Positions 29,201 through 39,745 of a DNA stretch of 64,000 bases are shown here, in pieces. The stretch spans positions 52,833 through 116,832 of the forward strand of contig CAIKKG010000014.1 in assembly GCA_903827975.1 (NCBI GenBank). The letters run 5' to 3'. A program made the translations under genes and the position numbers. Source of the stretch: an uncultured bacterium. Its GTDB lineage: Bacteria; Patescibacteriota; Minisyncoccia; UBA6257; GWB1-50-10. Under the pieces are notes generated by a model. That model was not told the origin of the DNA and ran no database searches. It saw nothing but the letters and a program-made list of their open reading frames with translations. Each line of letters opens with the position of its first letter. The stretch's first letter is position 1.

Positions 29201-29932
29201 TTATGCGTGCTTTTCAAGAGAATCCAAAACTTTTTGAAGTTCTGGTGATAGCTCTGCCTCCAGTTTTATTCTATTACCATCTGGAGTCCCAAACTCAATT
29301 GAATCTGCGTGTAGAAAATGACGATTTAGTCCAAAGCTGTTTGTTTTTGGTCCATATAGAGTATCCCCAACTATTGGATGTCCAATTGATGCAAGATGAA
29401 CCCTGATCTGGTGAGTTCTACCAGTATGTGGAGTTACATGTATTAATGTGTAATAAACCGCACCCCTTCCATCAAGCACACTCTGCTGGTAAATCTTTAC
29501 AGCCTTATACTCAGTCACAGCATCCTTAACCATCTTCATATTCCTAGCAAGCGTACTTCTTTTAATTGTACCTGGTTTTAACCCTATAGGAGCATCTATT
29601 GTTCCGCTACCGAGAACCCTTCCGTTAACTAACGCCGTGTAAGTCTTCTTAACCTGATGATTTTGAAAAAGATTCTTCATAAAACTGAAGAACTTTTGAT
29701 TTCTGGCAATCACAATAACCCCGGAAGTATTTTTATCCAATCTGTGAACGATTCCTGGGCGATTTTCTGGATCATCTCCAACCTTAGCAATCTCGGGAAA
29801 CTCCTTTTTGGCTATATCAGCCAAAGTCTTACCCATTTCCCTATCCTCAAAACCCTTTATTGCGTGCACTAAGACACCGGCCGGTTTGTTGTAGACCGCG
29901 AAGTCCTTCGTCTTGTAAATTAGGCTTGGCAT
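29201..29932 (-). CDS. RluA/RluD family pseudouridine synthase
   Basis: 'NKPAGVLVH', 'RPGIVHRLDKNTSG', 'TGRTHQIRVHL', 'LHA'; ATG 29932 follows TATGCT. Confidence 0.93.
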   Translation of the reverse strand: MPSLIYKTKDFAVYNKPAGVLVHAIKGFEDREMGKTLADIAKKEFPEIAKVGDDPENRPGIVHRLDKNTSGVIVIARNQKFFSFMKNLFQNHQVKKTYTALVNGRVLGSGTIDAPIGLKPGTIKRSTLARNMKMVKDAVTEYKAVKIYQQSVLDGRGAVYYTLIHVTPHTGRTHQIRVHLASIGHPIVGDTLYGPKTNSFGLNRHFLHADSIEFGTPDGNRIKLEAELSPELQKVLDSLEKHA

Positions 29933-30021
29933 GGCTTTTAAGCATACTAACACATATGCCGAAAAACTCAATAAAAATGAGGGTTTTTTGTTAAAATAGG
30001 GCCAAAAACCGCTAAAATAAC

Positions 30022-30138
30022 TTGCTAAATTCAGAATAGTGTGCTAGGATAGGCACATTAATCCCCGTGAGGGGGTTTTTGTTTGGGGGTATCATCCGAT
30101 GTGGAAGTCGACTCCTAAAATAAAATACAAAAATACAC
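30022..30138 (+). promoter_or_regulatory. Sigma70 promoter and structured 5' leader of 3D-domain gene
   Basis: TTGCTA-17-TAGGAT, then two hairpins (30060-30077, 30082-30119). Confidence 0.55.
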
Positions 30139-30588
30139 ATGACAGCAAAACTCGTATCAACACTAATAAGTCTTTCGGTTCTCGCATTTCCAACTCCATC
30201 TGAGACGTTAGCAAACGGAAGTCGCCAGGCGATTACGAATGCGATTGTTCAGGTTGCAAGGGCGGCAACTGGAAAGGATGAGGAGGTTAAGAAGCCTGTC
30301 GAAGCAATAAAGATGTGGGTAACCGCATATACAAGCGCTCCAGAGGAAACAGATGAGACACCATTTGAAACAGCAATGGGATCAGATGTTCATGACGGAA
30401 TTGTAGCAACAAACATGCTTCCGTTCGGAACTAAGGTTAAGCTTCCTAAGCTTTTTGGTGATAAGGTCTTCGTTGTCGAGGATAGAATGCACAGAAGGAA
30501 GGTTGGATTTATAGATATCTGGATGCCAACCAAGAAAGAGGCATTCAAGTTCGGAATATCATACTCTGATGTAGTAGTGTTAGATTAA
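30139..30588 (+). CDS. Secreted 3D (Asp-Asp-Asp) domain protein
   Basis: Signal peptide; 'VTAYTS..EETD.TPF.TA', 'LPFGTKV', 'VEDRM', 'IDIW'. Confidence 0.85.
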   Translation: MTAKLVSTLISLSVLAFPTPSETLANGSRQAITNAIVQVARAATGKDEEVKKPVEAIKMWVTAYTSAPEETDETPFETAMGSDVHDGIVATNMLPFGTKVKLPKLFGDKVFVVEDRMHRRKVGFIDIWMPTKKEAFKFGISYSDVVVLD

Positions 30589-30597
30589 TCGAAATAT

Positions 30598-30630
30598 AAA
30601 AGCACCGCACATTTGTGTGGTGCTTTTTTT
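30598..30630 (+). terminator. Intrinsic terminator
   Basis: aaaagcaccgcac-attt-gtgtggtgctttttttt. Confidence 0.8.
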
Positions 30631-30666
30631 TGTATTCACTGAATGGTAAGATAGATTAATAATTAT

Positions 30667-31965
30667 ATGAATTTCCAAATTGAGGGAGGACATAAGCTTT
30701 CAGGGACAATTGGAGTTAACTCGTCGAAAAATTCGGCGGTTGGTCTTTTGTGCGCATCTCTTCTAAATAAGTCAAAAACAACATTAACCAATGTTCCTAA
30801 AATTGAGGAGGTTTATCGCATAATTGAGGTTTTAGAAAGTATTGGTGTGAAAGTTGAGTGGAATGGCCCCTCACTAACCATAATTCCTCCTAAGAAGCTA
30901 AAGCTTAGTAAGCTTAATGAGGAGTCTGCAAAAAAGACCAGAAGCATTGTTATGTTTATGGGACCACTAGCCCACCTTCTTCAAGCTTTTAAAATTCCTC
31001 AGACTGGTGGCTGTAAGCTTGGATCTAGAACTGTGGCTCCACATCTTTTTGCTCTTAAAAAACTAGGGATTAATATTTTAACGAAAGCTGATGCCTTCGA
31101 TGTTAGGGTTAAGAAGTTACATCCTGGTGAGATTGTTATGTACGAGTCAGGAGATACTGTGACTGAAAATGTATTAATGGCTGCAGCAAAAATACCAGGC
31201 AAAACTGTCATTAAGTTCGCCTCGGCAAATTATATGGTTCAGGATCTTTGTCACTTTTTAGAACTTTTTGGTGTTGTTATAGAAGGTATTGGAACAACAA
31301 CTCTTACAATAACAGGCGTAAGCGACATGGACATGCCAGTGCGTTATACACTTAGCGAGGACCCAATAGAAGCGATGCTTTTCCTTTCTATAGCCGCAAC
31401 GACCAATTCAAAAATCACAATAAAAAAGTGCCCAATAGAATTTTTAGAACTTGAGCTTATGAAATTGGAAGTTATGGGTTTCAAATATAAACGCTCAAAG
31501 GAATATGTATCCGAGAATGGATTTACAAAACTTGTTGATATAGTTACCCTGCCTTCAAATCTTGTAGCGCTCGATGAAAAAATATATGCACGCCCATTCC
31601 CTGGCCTAAACATAGATAACTTACCATTCTTCGTTCCTATTGTTGCGCGCGCAAAAGGACAGACATTAATTCATGATTGGGTTTATGAGAATCGCGCACT
31701 TTATTATTTAGAGTTGTCTAAGCTTGGGGTAAATATGCTACTTGCGGATCCACATCGTGTTTTTATAACAGGACCAACAAAGTTTAAAGCAGCCGAGATA
31801 ATCTGTCCTCCAGCGCTTCGCCCAGCTGCAATAATTATGATTGCTATGCTTGCCGCGCCAGGAACATCTCTGTTAAGAAATGTTTATTCCATTAATCGCG
31901 GTTATGAGGATATTGCTAATAGACTTAGAAAAATTGGCGCTAAAATAGAAACTATTAAAAATTAA
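30667..31965 (+). CDS. murA: UDP-N-acetylglucosamine 1-carboxyvinyltransferase
   Basis: 'SKNSA', 'GGCKLGSR' (active Cys), 'PFPG', 'YENR', 'RGYE'. Confidence 0.93.
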   Translation: MNFQIEGGHKLSGTIGVNSSKNSAVGLLCASLLNKSKTTLTNVPKIEEVYRIIEVLESIGVKVEWNGPSLTIIPPKKLKLSKLNEESAKKTRSIVMFMGPLAHLLQAFKIPQTGGCKLGSRTVAPHLFALKKLGINILTKADAFDVRVKKLHPGEIVMYESGDTVTENVLMAAAKIPGKTVIKFASANYMVQDLCHFLELFGVVIEGIGTTTLTITGVSDMDMPVRYTLSEDPIEAMLFLSIAATTNSKITIKKCPIEFLELELMKLEVMGFKYKRSKEYVSENGFTKLVDIVTLPSNLVALDEKIYARPFPGLNIDNLPFFVPIVARAKGQTLIHDWVYENRALYYLELSKLGVNMLLADPHRVFITGPTKFKAAEIICPPALRPAAIIMIAMLAAPGTSLLRNVYSINRGYEDIANRLRKIGAKIETIKN

Positions 31966-32006
31966 AAGAAAAATCCCGCTATTGCGGGGTTTTCTTTTTT
32001 TACACA

Positions 32007-32306
32007 CTACTTACCTATCTCCGGCTTTATATGATTAGAATCACCATCATGATCCTTATGCCTCATACTTGTTAAAACATAACTCACAAGCACAACTATG
32101 AGAGTAACTAATAGAGCATAAATTAATTTAGCAAATCGTCCTCCTTCAGAAGGAAAGAAAAATTCAATGAATGATTTTATTGCTTCGTTCCAAGCAAGAC
32201 CAGCAACAAAGCTAAAGCTCGTGATGACCATTGTAATCGCCTGATTTCGTCCTTCGCGTCTAAAGCGTTTATGACCCCTACTTAGCTTCTCTTTAAAATT
32301 ACGCAT
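32007..32306 (-). CDS. DUF5654-like small membrane protein
   Basis: 'SFSFVAGLAWNEAIK...YALLVT'. Confidence 0.75.
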   Translation of the reverse strand: MRNFKEKLSRGHKRFRREGRNQAITMVITSFSFVAGLAWNEAIKSFIEFFFPSEGGRFAKLIYALLVTLIVVLVSYVLTSMRHKDHDGDSNHIKPEIGK

Positions 32307-32919
32307 ATTTTCCCATTACTTTTTTATACTTTTCTCCGACCCCCTCCCAATCCACAATGTTCCACCACTCAGTAACATACTCAGCCCTACGATTCTGAAA
32401 CTTCAGATAATATGCGTGCTCCCAAACATCAAGGCACATTATTGGTGTGAGTCCTATTGAGATTGGATTGTCCTGATTTGAAGTGCTAAGAGTTTTTAAA
32501 ACTCCATCTGCATCGATTACTAACCACGCCCAACCACTTCCAAAAACTCCTAAACCTAATTTTGAAAAATCTTCTTTAAACTTTTCAAACCCTCCAAGAT
32601 ATTTTGTGATTGCCTCCATAAGCTCGCCATCCGGCATTCCTGTACTTTTTGGCCCTATGCTCTCCCATAATAATGTATGGGCTACATGCCCTCCACCGTG
32701 ATTTTTTACCGCCGTCCTGATTGATTCAGGAATTGCACCTAAATCTCTAAGTAATTCCTCTGGTGTCTTTTCGAATAGTTCCGGATTATTCTGAAGCGCC
32801 TCATTTAACTTAGCCACATATGTTGCATGATGCTTTGAGTGATGAATCTCCATGGTGCGCGCATCTAGGAATGGCTCCAACGCATCATATGAGTATTGTA
32901 ATTTTGGTAATTCGTACAT
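32299..32919 (-). CDS. sodA: Superoxide dismutase (Mn/Fe)
   Basis: 'HHSKHHATYV', 'NHGGGH', 'DVWEHAYY'. Confidence 0.95.
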   Translation of the reverse strand: MYELPKLQYSYDALEPFLDARTMEIHHSKHHATYVAKLNEALQNNPELFEKTPEELLRDLGAIPESIRTAVKNHGGGHVAHTLLWESIGPKSTGMPDGELMEAITKYLGGFEKFKEDFSKLGLGVFGSGWAWLVIDADGVLKTLSTSNQDNPISIGLTPIMCLDVWEHAYYLKFQNRRAEYVTEWWNIVDWEGVGEKYKKVMGKYA

Positions 32920-32931
32920 ATTTATATTATA

Positions 32932-33600
32932 TCATGACTTTTTTGGCGTGTTGTAGCTAATGTCTAAGATTAGCGCATCTTCTTTTGAAAAATTCCCCAC
33001 TCTTGTCCTCTCAAGTGAGGATAGATAACCACCGACATTTAGTTTTCTCCCAATATCGCGCGCTAGTGAGCGAATATAAACTCCTGGACCAGTCGTTACC
33101 TTAATTTTTAGATACGGCCAGCTAAATGACAAGAACTCAATTTTTTTTATAAGTACCTTTCTTGCCGGAAGAATAAGGACCTCTCCCGCCCTTGTTCTTT
33201 TGTAAGCTGTAGAGCCCTGAACTTTAATTGCACTATATACTGGAGGTATTTGCATAATCTCCCCCTCAAAATCCTTTAGTGATTTTTTAATTAGGATTAG
33301 TGCTGGTTTTTTTATTGGGTGTATAGCAGTCTTCATTCCCTCACTGTCATCCGTTGTGCTTTCTGTACCAAGATGAATTGAGGCAATGTACTCCTTTTCT
33401 TTTGCCACCTCGTCGGCAATTTTTTTGGTTGCGTCACGCCCGACCGCGATTACAAGGACTCCTGATGCGCGTGGGTCGAGTGTTCCTGCGTGGCCTATTC
33501 TTTTTTCTGTTGTGTGTTTCTTTATCTCACGGATTACATCATATGAGCTTGGTCCCCTTGGTTTCCAGACTCCAAAAATACCTATAAGTTCTTTTTTCAT
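32932..33600 (-). CDS. truB: tRNA pseudouridine(55) synthase
   Basis: 'GHAGTLDPRASGVL', 'QIPPVYSAIK', 'GVYIRSLARD'. Confidence 0.95.
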   Translation of the reverse strand: MKKELIGIFGVWKPRGPSSYDVIREIKKHTTEKRIGHAGTLDPRASGVLVIAVGRDATKKIADEVAKEKEYIASIHLGTESTTDDSEGMKTAIHPIKKPALILIKKSLKDFEGEIMQIPPVYSAIKVQGSTAYKRTRAGEVLILPARKVLIKKIEFLSFSWPYLKIKVTTGPGVYIRSLARDIGRKLNVGGYLSSLERTRVGNFSKEDALILDISYNTPKKS

Positions 33601-33606
33601 TATATT

Positions 33607-34308
33607 TTATCTGCACGCAAGGTATGAGACTATTGTTGCTGCAGTTTCTGCTCTCAGTGTTAGAGCTCCAAGACTTACCTGAATAATACCGGCCTCTTTT
33701 GCACTTTCTATCTCCTCGCTTGTCCAACCACCCTCCGGCCCTACAAAAATTCCAATATTTTTTGATGATTTGAAAACTGACTCATCTAATACTATTCCAT
33801 CTTTATCAAAAAATATATTTAGGTCATTTTCCTTTGCCTTTAGAATTGCATCAGGTAGCGAGACCGCGCCCTCCATTTTTGGAACAATTCCTCGTCCAGA
33901 CTGTTCTGATGCTTCTTTTATAATTTTTTCTATTCGCTCCTTATTAATATTCATCTTAACAGTTCTTGAAGAAATGACTGGAACGATTCTTGAGATACCA
34001 ACCTCTGTTGCTTTCTGAGCAGAGATTTCAAAATTTTCCCTTTTTAGAATAGACAGAAATAGTGTCACACTTTTCTCTGACTCATTTTTATTTTGCGAAC
34101 GAGCTTCTATTTCCACCTCAACATATCCATTCCCATAGCTTAGTATTTTTGCGTTCGCCTCCTCTCCAAGACCATTTGAAAGCATAAGCTCCTCGCCAAC
34201 ATTAAGACGCAACACATAGCGCGCCTGATTTACAAATTCTTCATCAGTAATTCTTAGTACTGATTCTTTAATATTAAAATTTCCGATGAATCGATGGACT
34301 TTTGTCAT
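33607..34308 (-). CDS. rsmE: 16S rRNA m3U1498 methyltransferase
   Basis: 'QKATEVG', 'EASEQSGR', 'VGPEGGW', 'LRAETA'. Confidence 0.95.
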   Translation of the reverse strand: MTKVHRFIGNFNIKESVLRITDEEFVNQARYVLRLNVGEELMLSNGLGEEANAKILSYGNGYVEVEIEARSQNKNESEKSVTLFLSILKRENFEISAQKATEVGISRIVPVISSRTVKMNINKERIEKIIKEASEQSGRGIVPKMEGAVSLPDAILKAKENDLNIFFDKDGIVLDESVFKSSKNIGIFVGPEGGWTSEEIESAKEAGIIQVSLGALTLRAETAATIVSYLACR

Positions 34309-34368
34309 ATCATTACACTACTACAAACAAGCCCCGCCCCTCAATAGAGGGGCGGTTTTACACGTTTA

Positions 34369-34605
34369 CTATTTAATTCCAACCGCTTCGTTTATCGCAC
34401 TCTTATCGAATCCTATGATTATCTTTCCATCTATGTCTAACACTGGAACGCCAAGCTGGCCCGACTTCTTTATCATTTCTTCACGCCCAACCTCATCCAC
34501 CATTACATCCTTTTCCTCGTATTTAACGCCCTTCTGATCAAAATATGCCTTAGCCATCTTGCAATATACGCACGACGGGGTTGAATAAATTATTATTGGT
34601 TTCAT
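34369..34605 (-). CDS. Glutaredoxin-like (NrdH/YruB) protein
   Basis: 'YSTPSCVYC', 'SGQLGVPV', 'GFD'. Confidence 0.92.
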   Translation of the reverse strand: MKPIIIYSTPSCVYCKMAKAYFDQKGVKYEEKDVMVDEVGREEMIKKSGQLGVPVLDIDGKIIIGFDKSAINEAVGIK

Positions 34606-34647
34606 ATAGTGTCATAATAACATATATTTTAAGCTTTGATAAAAAAA

Positions 34648-34672
34648 ATCCCCCGCATTTTTGCGGGGGATG
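34648..34672. terminator. Intrinsic terminator
   Basis: atcccccgca-tttt-tgcgggggat with T-tract on - strand. Confidence 0.8.
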
Positions 34673-34676
34673 TTTA

Positions 34677-36527
34677 CTATAGTGAAATCCCCATTTCCAG
34701 TGATAATTCCTCGGCCTCCTTCAACATTGACCCAATACCAACATTAATTCCATTAATCCAGAACTGCTCGCTTGTGGGATTTAGGCCAAATGGTGTAAGT
34801 AATTCCACAACATCTAATTTAGACCCAGAACGTAACATGTCCAAATACAGTGGTTCAAATTCATTTCCAAATCTATCTCTTACTGCATACAGGCTTTGCG
34901 TCAGCAGTTCGCCAAACGCATACCCATAAACATAAAAAGGATTGTGAAAGTGAGAAACATATGTCCAGAAGTATTCCATATTATCATAAGTGAATACATC
35001 ACCATCCTCGCCATACAATTCAGAAATCGTCTCCACCCAGATATTACTCAATTCCTCAGCAGATATTTTTCTAGATCTTCCCCACTCGGAATATGTTTCG
35101 TTCATTCCGTGAATTCTGCGTTCAAAATTGGAAAACCCAATCTGCCTAACCATGCTATTCATTGAGTCATCAATTTTTCGCATTAGAAGTATAAGAAGTG
35201 CTTTTTTATCACCATCCTCTAGAAGTCTGTTCTTCAGAAAGTTGAATGTCGTCATCTCTCCAAAAATAGATGCGGTTTCTGCATATGCAGTTGGTGCATT
35301 ACACATTAATACTCCTTGTGCATCACCAGCCTCCTCGCCATGAACTCCGTGACCTACTTCATGTGCAAGAGTCATTACATCCCCACTTCCACCAAGATAA
35401 TTAAGAAGTGTGAATGATAGCGCACCACTTTGAGGTAGTACGGCCCATGTGCAGAATGCCCCGTCAGACTTTCCCTTCTTTGCGCGCGCATCTATGCGCC
35501 CATCACTTACCATCAGACGAACGCGTCTTGCTAAAGTTGGACTAAATTGTTCATATGCATCAATCACCATTTTTAATGCGTCATCAAAGTGTATTTTTGA
35601 AGAATCTGAAAAAGGCATTTGTGCATTTCTATCGCTCCACCGAAGTTTTTCCAGACCAAGGTGTTTTGCTTTCAGGCGATAGAATCTTTTTGCGATAGGA
35701 CTCGCTACATTTCTAACAGCGTTGTGAAGTGCACTCACCATATCATCCGAAACTCGATTTTCCATGTTACGGAATCTCATTGGATGTTCGTATGAGCGCT
35801 CTTCGCACTCAACTGCATTTGAGCCTACAACAATCCACAAGACCTGAGCTGCGCACTTTGCAAAGTATCCCTTAAATGCGTCATTCATTGCTTTCATCGT
35901 TAATACGCGTACATTCTCATCCTGAGATGTATCCAAGACGCTAATAGCCTCTTCGAGAGTAATGCTCATACCAAGAACTTCAATTTCCAAATCTACGACA
36001 AGTTCTTCGTGCAACTCGCTCCACGCACTTGGTCCGAACGTGCTCCTCTTTGTAAGCGCTCCTTCTACGGCCTCGCTCAACATGTGAGACTTAAAACAAC
36101 GAACCTGTTCAATCCAGGATTTATGTTGCTCGACAAACTTATCGAGACCATACCAGCGCTCACAATCCTCATCACTTAGAGAGGCTAGTTCGATGCTAAA
36201 AAACTCAAGATACTTACCGGCCGACGCACTAATTAGAACTGATAATTCTGCTTCCTTTTCTTTTAACTTTGAATCGGAAACATCAAGGCTTTTCTGAAGC
36301 ATTAAATACATTCCAATCTTTTCACCGAGTGCTGTAATGAGTACAAATTCGCGCAATGCACTTCCTAGAGCCTCGGACAGCTTTCCATTAAACCTTATGT
36401 AAAAGTCCTCATAATTTTTAACGAGTTCCTCAGCATCTTTAACAAGCCTTAGGTCGTCTATATCCGAATAAAAGAACCTGGCCAGTTGCCATCGTACGTT
36501 CTCAGTGCCTAGATTTTTAGCACACAT
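34677..36527 (-). CDS. M3B oligoendopeptidase F family
   Basis: 'GKSDGAFC', 'TLAHEVGHGVH', 'AETASIFGE', 'PFYVYGYAFG'. Confidence 0.92.
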   Translation of the reverse strand: MCAKNLGTENVRWQLARFFYSDIDDLRLVKDAEELVKNYEDFYIRFNGKLSEALGSALREFVLITALGEKIGMYLMLQKSLDVSDSKLKEKEAELSVLISASAGKYLEFFSIELASLSDEDCERWYGLDKFVEQHKSWIEQVRCFKSHMLSEAVEGALTKRSTFGPSAWSELHEELVVDLEIEVLGMSITLEEAISVLDTSQDENVRVLTMKAMNDAFKGYFAKCAAQVLWIVVGSNAVECEERSYEHPMRFRNMENRVSDDMVSALHNAVRNVASPIAKRFYRLKAKHLGLEKLRWSDRNAQMPFSDSSKIHFDDALKMVIDAYEQFSPTLARRVRLMVSDGRIDARAKKGKSDGAFCTWAVLPQSGALSFTLLNYLGGSGDVMTLAHEVGHGVHGEEAGDAQGVLMCNAPTAYAETASIFGEMTTFNFLKNRLLEDGDKKALLILLMRKIDDSMNSMVRQIGFSNFERRIHGMNETYSEWGRSRKISAEELSNIWVETISELYGEDGDVFTYDNMEYFWTYVSHFHNPFYVYGYAFGELLTQSLYAVRDRFGNEFEPLYLDMLRSGSKLDVVELLTPFGLNPTSEQFWINGINVGIGSMLKEAEELSLEMGISL

Positions 36528-36596
36528 TTAACCCCCTTTTTTGTAAAGTTAAATAACTAAAGCCACCATACTGCTTTTACAAAATAGTGTCAAAAT

Positions 36597-39536
36597 TTAT
36601 TCTTTTATTACTGGCAATTTAACGGTAAATTCCGTACCCTTACCCTCCTCTGATATGAAACTTATATTCCCACCCACTTTTTCAACCATCTGCTTAGTTA
36701 TATAAAGACCAAGACCAGTGCCATCTGGTGCATACTGAGTAATATTTTCACCCCGGAAAAACTTATTATAAACCTTATCCTGCTGATTCAGAGGAATTCC
36801 ATAGCCATTATCCTTTACTTTAATTTCAATCTCTTTTTCGTTTTTATTTATACTCAGATTAATCTGTCCACCCTCCTTTGTATATTTAGTGGAGTTTGTC
36901 ATTAGATTCTGAATTATCATTCTAACTAATGTTTGATCCATGATTTCAATTATTTTCTTAGCTCCATACTCCTTTATAACCTTCTGATTTCTAGCCTTTA
37001 TATTAACCTGTATTTCTTTAATAACGGAGTCTGCAACCTGAATTATATCCAGCTCTTTTGGAGAAGATGAAAATGTGCCGAGCTCAATTCGTGAGACATC
37101 TAAAAGTGCAGTAACAAGCTCCGACATTCGCATAGATGAGGCATTAACCTCAGAAACATATAGATTTTGTTTTTTGTTAAGTTTTCCCGCATCTCCACTT
37201 AGAAGCATTTCTGAATACCAATTAATTGCTGTAAGTGGTGTGCGAAGTTGGTGTGAGGCTACTGAGACAAATTCTGACTTTGAGCGGTCAATCTGCTTAG
37301 CTTTCGTAATATCGCGTTCAACACCGACGAAATATTCTATATTGCCCTCTATATTAATAATAGGAGTGATACTGACCTCAGACTCATATAAAAGACCATT
37401 CTTTCTTTTATTTGTAATCTCGCCAGCGAACGGTTGTTTTAACTCCTTAATCTGGTGCCACAATTCTTCGTAAAACTTCTTAGGCATCTGACCTCCCCAA
37501 ATAGCTGGCGTTTTACCAATCATTTCTTCTTTTGAGTACCCAGTCATCTGCTCAGCTCCCTTATTTGCATAAATAATTTTTCCCTCCACATCGGAAATAA
37601 CTATATGGTCAGATGCATTGCTCACGGCCTCTCTAAATTGTTGAAGCTCCTCAATCTTTATAGCTAGAGACTCTTCTGCATTTTTCCTTTTTGTGATGTC
37701 ACTAATAATAGAAAAGAGAACCTTCTTACCACCAATAACTATTCCATTACTAAATACCTCGACGTCCCTAACAGAACCATCTGCTCGTTTATGTTTAAAC
37801 TCAAATAAAACGTTTTTAGCCTGAGTTGCCTCTTCCATATGACGTGAAACAACATTTGGGTCAAGTGTATTAATTTGTCTAATACTCATTTCTTTAAGCT
37901 GTGAAATAGTCCAACCATAAAAATTTTCTGCTGCTTGGTTTGCATCGATAATATTCCCATCATCAGGATTAATCAGTAACATTACCGCGGAGCTGCGCTC
38001 AAATAATGCTCTGAACTTTTCCTCGCTTTCTTCTAATGATTTCTGAATCTCCTTCAGCTTAGTGATATCAATGTGAGTTCCTGTCATTCGGACAGGTTTA
38101 TGGGCCTCATCCCACTCAACAACGCGGCCACGATCTGTAACCCAGACCCATGAGCCGTCCTTGTGCTTCATTCGTGAATCAAATGAGTAAAACTCAGTCT
38201 TTCCTTCAAAGTGCTCATTAAGAAGCCTATCAGATTCCTTGAGATCATCTGGGTGCGCTAGTGTCTCCCATGTTTTAATACTTACTGGTTCTAGTTCTGC
38301 AAGTGTGTAGCCTAAGATTTCTGCCCAACGTTCATTGAATGTAACCTTACCAGTTTTTATATACCAGTCCCATGTTCCAGCATTAGAACCAAAAATAACA
38401 TTTTTTAAATCTGCCTCGCTTTGTTCAAGAACGACCTCCTTTTCTCTTAAATCTTTTGTAATTATTCCGGCAAGGTCTTCTGCTTTTCTTCTCGCATCTA
38501 AAAGTGTATACGCGTAAATTGCCGACAAAAATGCAAATAAAATACCCATATATATCACTAACCTTGAGGTCAAATCATTGTTTACTAGCGCATCTAATTC
38601 TGGTGTACTTGAAAATTGAATATAATAAGATCCCTCTGGTCTGGAGTTCTTAATTACTGAGAAAAGCGGGACCTTTCCTGAATTTACAGAAGATTTTGAC
38701 TTGCTTTCATACAATAGTGATCCATTTTCAGAATCCGCCCCATCAATTACTTTTAAATTAATCGAACTTAGAAGCTCGCCAAATACCTGCTTGTTATGAA
38801 TATATATATCAGTTTTCTTATATAAAGCGCCGATATAACCAATCAGATTCATATCCCTCTCCTCTGCTGTACTATGTGGACTTCCATTTTTAAAAAGCGG
38901 AAGTACATATATAAGATATGCGTCATTAGCCATGCCGAGCTTAGTTGCTAAAGTAAACTTAACGACATCATTTTTAAGCGAGACATTCAGTATTTTATTC
39001 ACTGACACAACTGATGAGATATCAAAACCAAGAAGAGATTGCTCTCCTTCACGTGTCTCAAGATAGTGAATTGGATAATACTCAGTTGATGTAGATTCTG
39101 AAATCACTGTATATTTTGACAAATCAAGTTCCGGAACTGTCTTGTCGTTACGAACTCCAGCAACATATGAATTAAGATTTCGAGACAAAACTCTGGGAGC
39201 ATAAAAAAGCCCGTAAAGCGGGTAAAGCGGAGAATCTGTGTCAGACTTTCTAAGAGAATGTGCGTTTGAATATGTTTGCCACTCGTTTCGCATAATACTA
39301 TCACTTGATTCAAATAATGCCCTTGCTGAATATAATAATTCCGAGCGTGCAACCTCGTCAGCTATAATATTTCCGGATATCGCTTCGGCATATTTTTCAA
39401 ATGTTGCACCATACTCTTTTTTTGAATCAATTGAAAATGAGTTTGAAATATTAAATACAATAAATGCAATTAAAAAAAATATAAGTGATGAAAACAGAAC
39501 ACTCTTCGGAATATTTTTTGTATTTAATTCTTTCAT
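36597..39536 (-). CDS. Sensor histidine kinase (CHASE-like, 3 PAS/PAC, HisKA, HATPase)
   Basis: Two TMs flanking a sensor ('YYPIHYLE...LLGFD'), PAS motifs, 'SHQLRTPLT', 'DNGYGI', 'GTGLGL'; start uncertain. Confidence 0.9.
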   Translation of the reverse strand: MKELNTKNIPKSVLFSSLIFFLIAFIVFNISNSFSIDSKKEYGATFEKYAEAISGNIIADEVARSELLYSARALFESSDSIMRNEWQTYSNAHSLRKSDTDSPLYPLYGLFYAPRVLSRNLNSYVAGVRNDKTVPELDLSKYTVISESTSTEYYPIHYLETREGEQSLLGFDISSVVSVNKILNVSLKNDVVKFTLATKLGMANDAYLIYVLPLFKNGSPHSTAEERDMNLIGYIGALYKKTDIYIHNKQVFGELLSSINLKVIDGADSENGSLLYESKSKSSVNSGKVPLFSVIKNSRPEGSYYIQFSSTPELDALVNNDLTSRLVIYMGILFAFLSAIYAYTLLDARRKAEDLAGIITKDLREKEVVLEQSEADLKNVIFGSNAGTWDWYIKTGKVTFNERWAEILGYTLAELEPVSIKTWETLAHPDDLKESDRLLNEHFEGKTEFYSFDSRMKHKDGSWVWVTDRGRVVEWDEAHKPVRMTGTHIDITKLKEIQKSLEESEEKFRALFERSSAVMLLINPDDGNIIDANQAAENFYGWTISQLKEMSIRQINTLDPNVVSRHMEEATQAKNVLFEFKHKRADGSVRDVEVFSNGIVIGGKKVLFSIISDITKRKNAEESLAIKIEELQQFREAVSNASDHIVISDVEGKIIYANKGAEQMTGYSKEEMIGKTPAIWGGQMPKKFYEELWHQIKELKQPFAGEITNKRKNGLLYESEVSITPIINIEGNIEYFVGVERDITKAKQIDRSKSEFVSVASHQLRTPLTAINWYSEMLLSGDAGKLNKKQNLYVSEVNASSMRMSELVTALLDVSRIELGTFSSSPKELDIIQVADSVIKEIQVNIKARNQKVIKEYGAKKIIEIMDQTLVRMIIQNLMTNSTKYTKEGGQINLSINKNEKEIEIKVKDNGYGIPLNQQDKVYNKFFRGENITQYAPDGTGLGLYITKQMVEKVGGNISFISEEGKGTEFTVKLPVIKE

Positions 39537-39745
39537 CAAAATTTTATTTGGGGTGGATGAACTTCCGTACAAATTATTTCACTATAATTATAACATCAAA
39601 GAAATATTTTAATAACTAGTTCTGTTAATAAATATTTGATATTGGTTAATTCGAATATTTATGAATTCTTATATTAGTAAGTTCTTTTAAATAAAATACC
39701 GCCCTTTGGCGTTATTTTATGACTATTATATAGAAAGGTTTTAGA

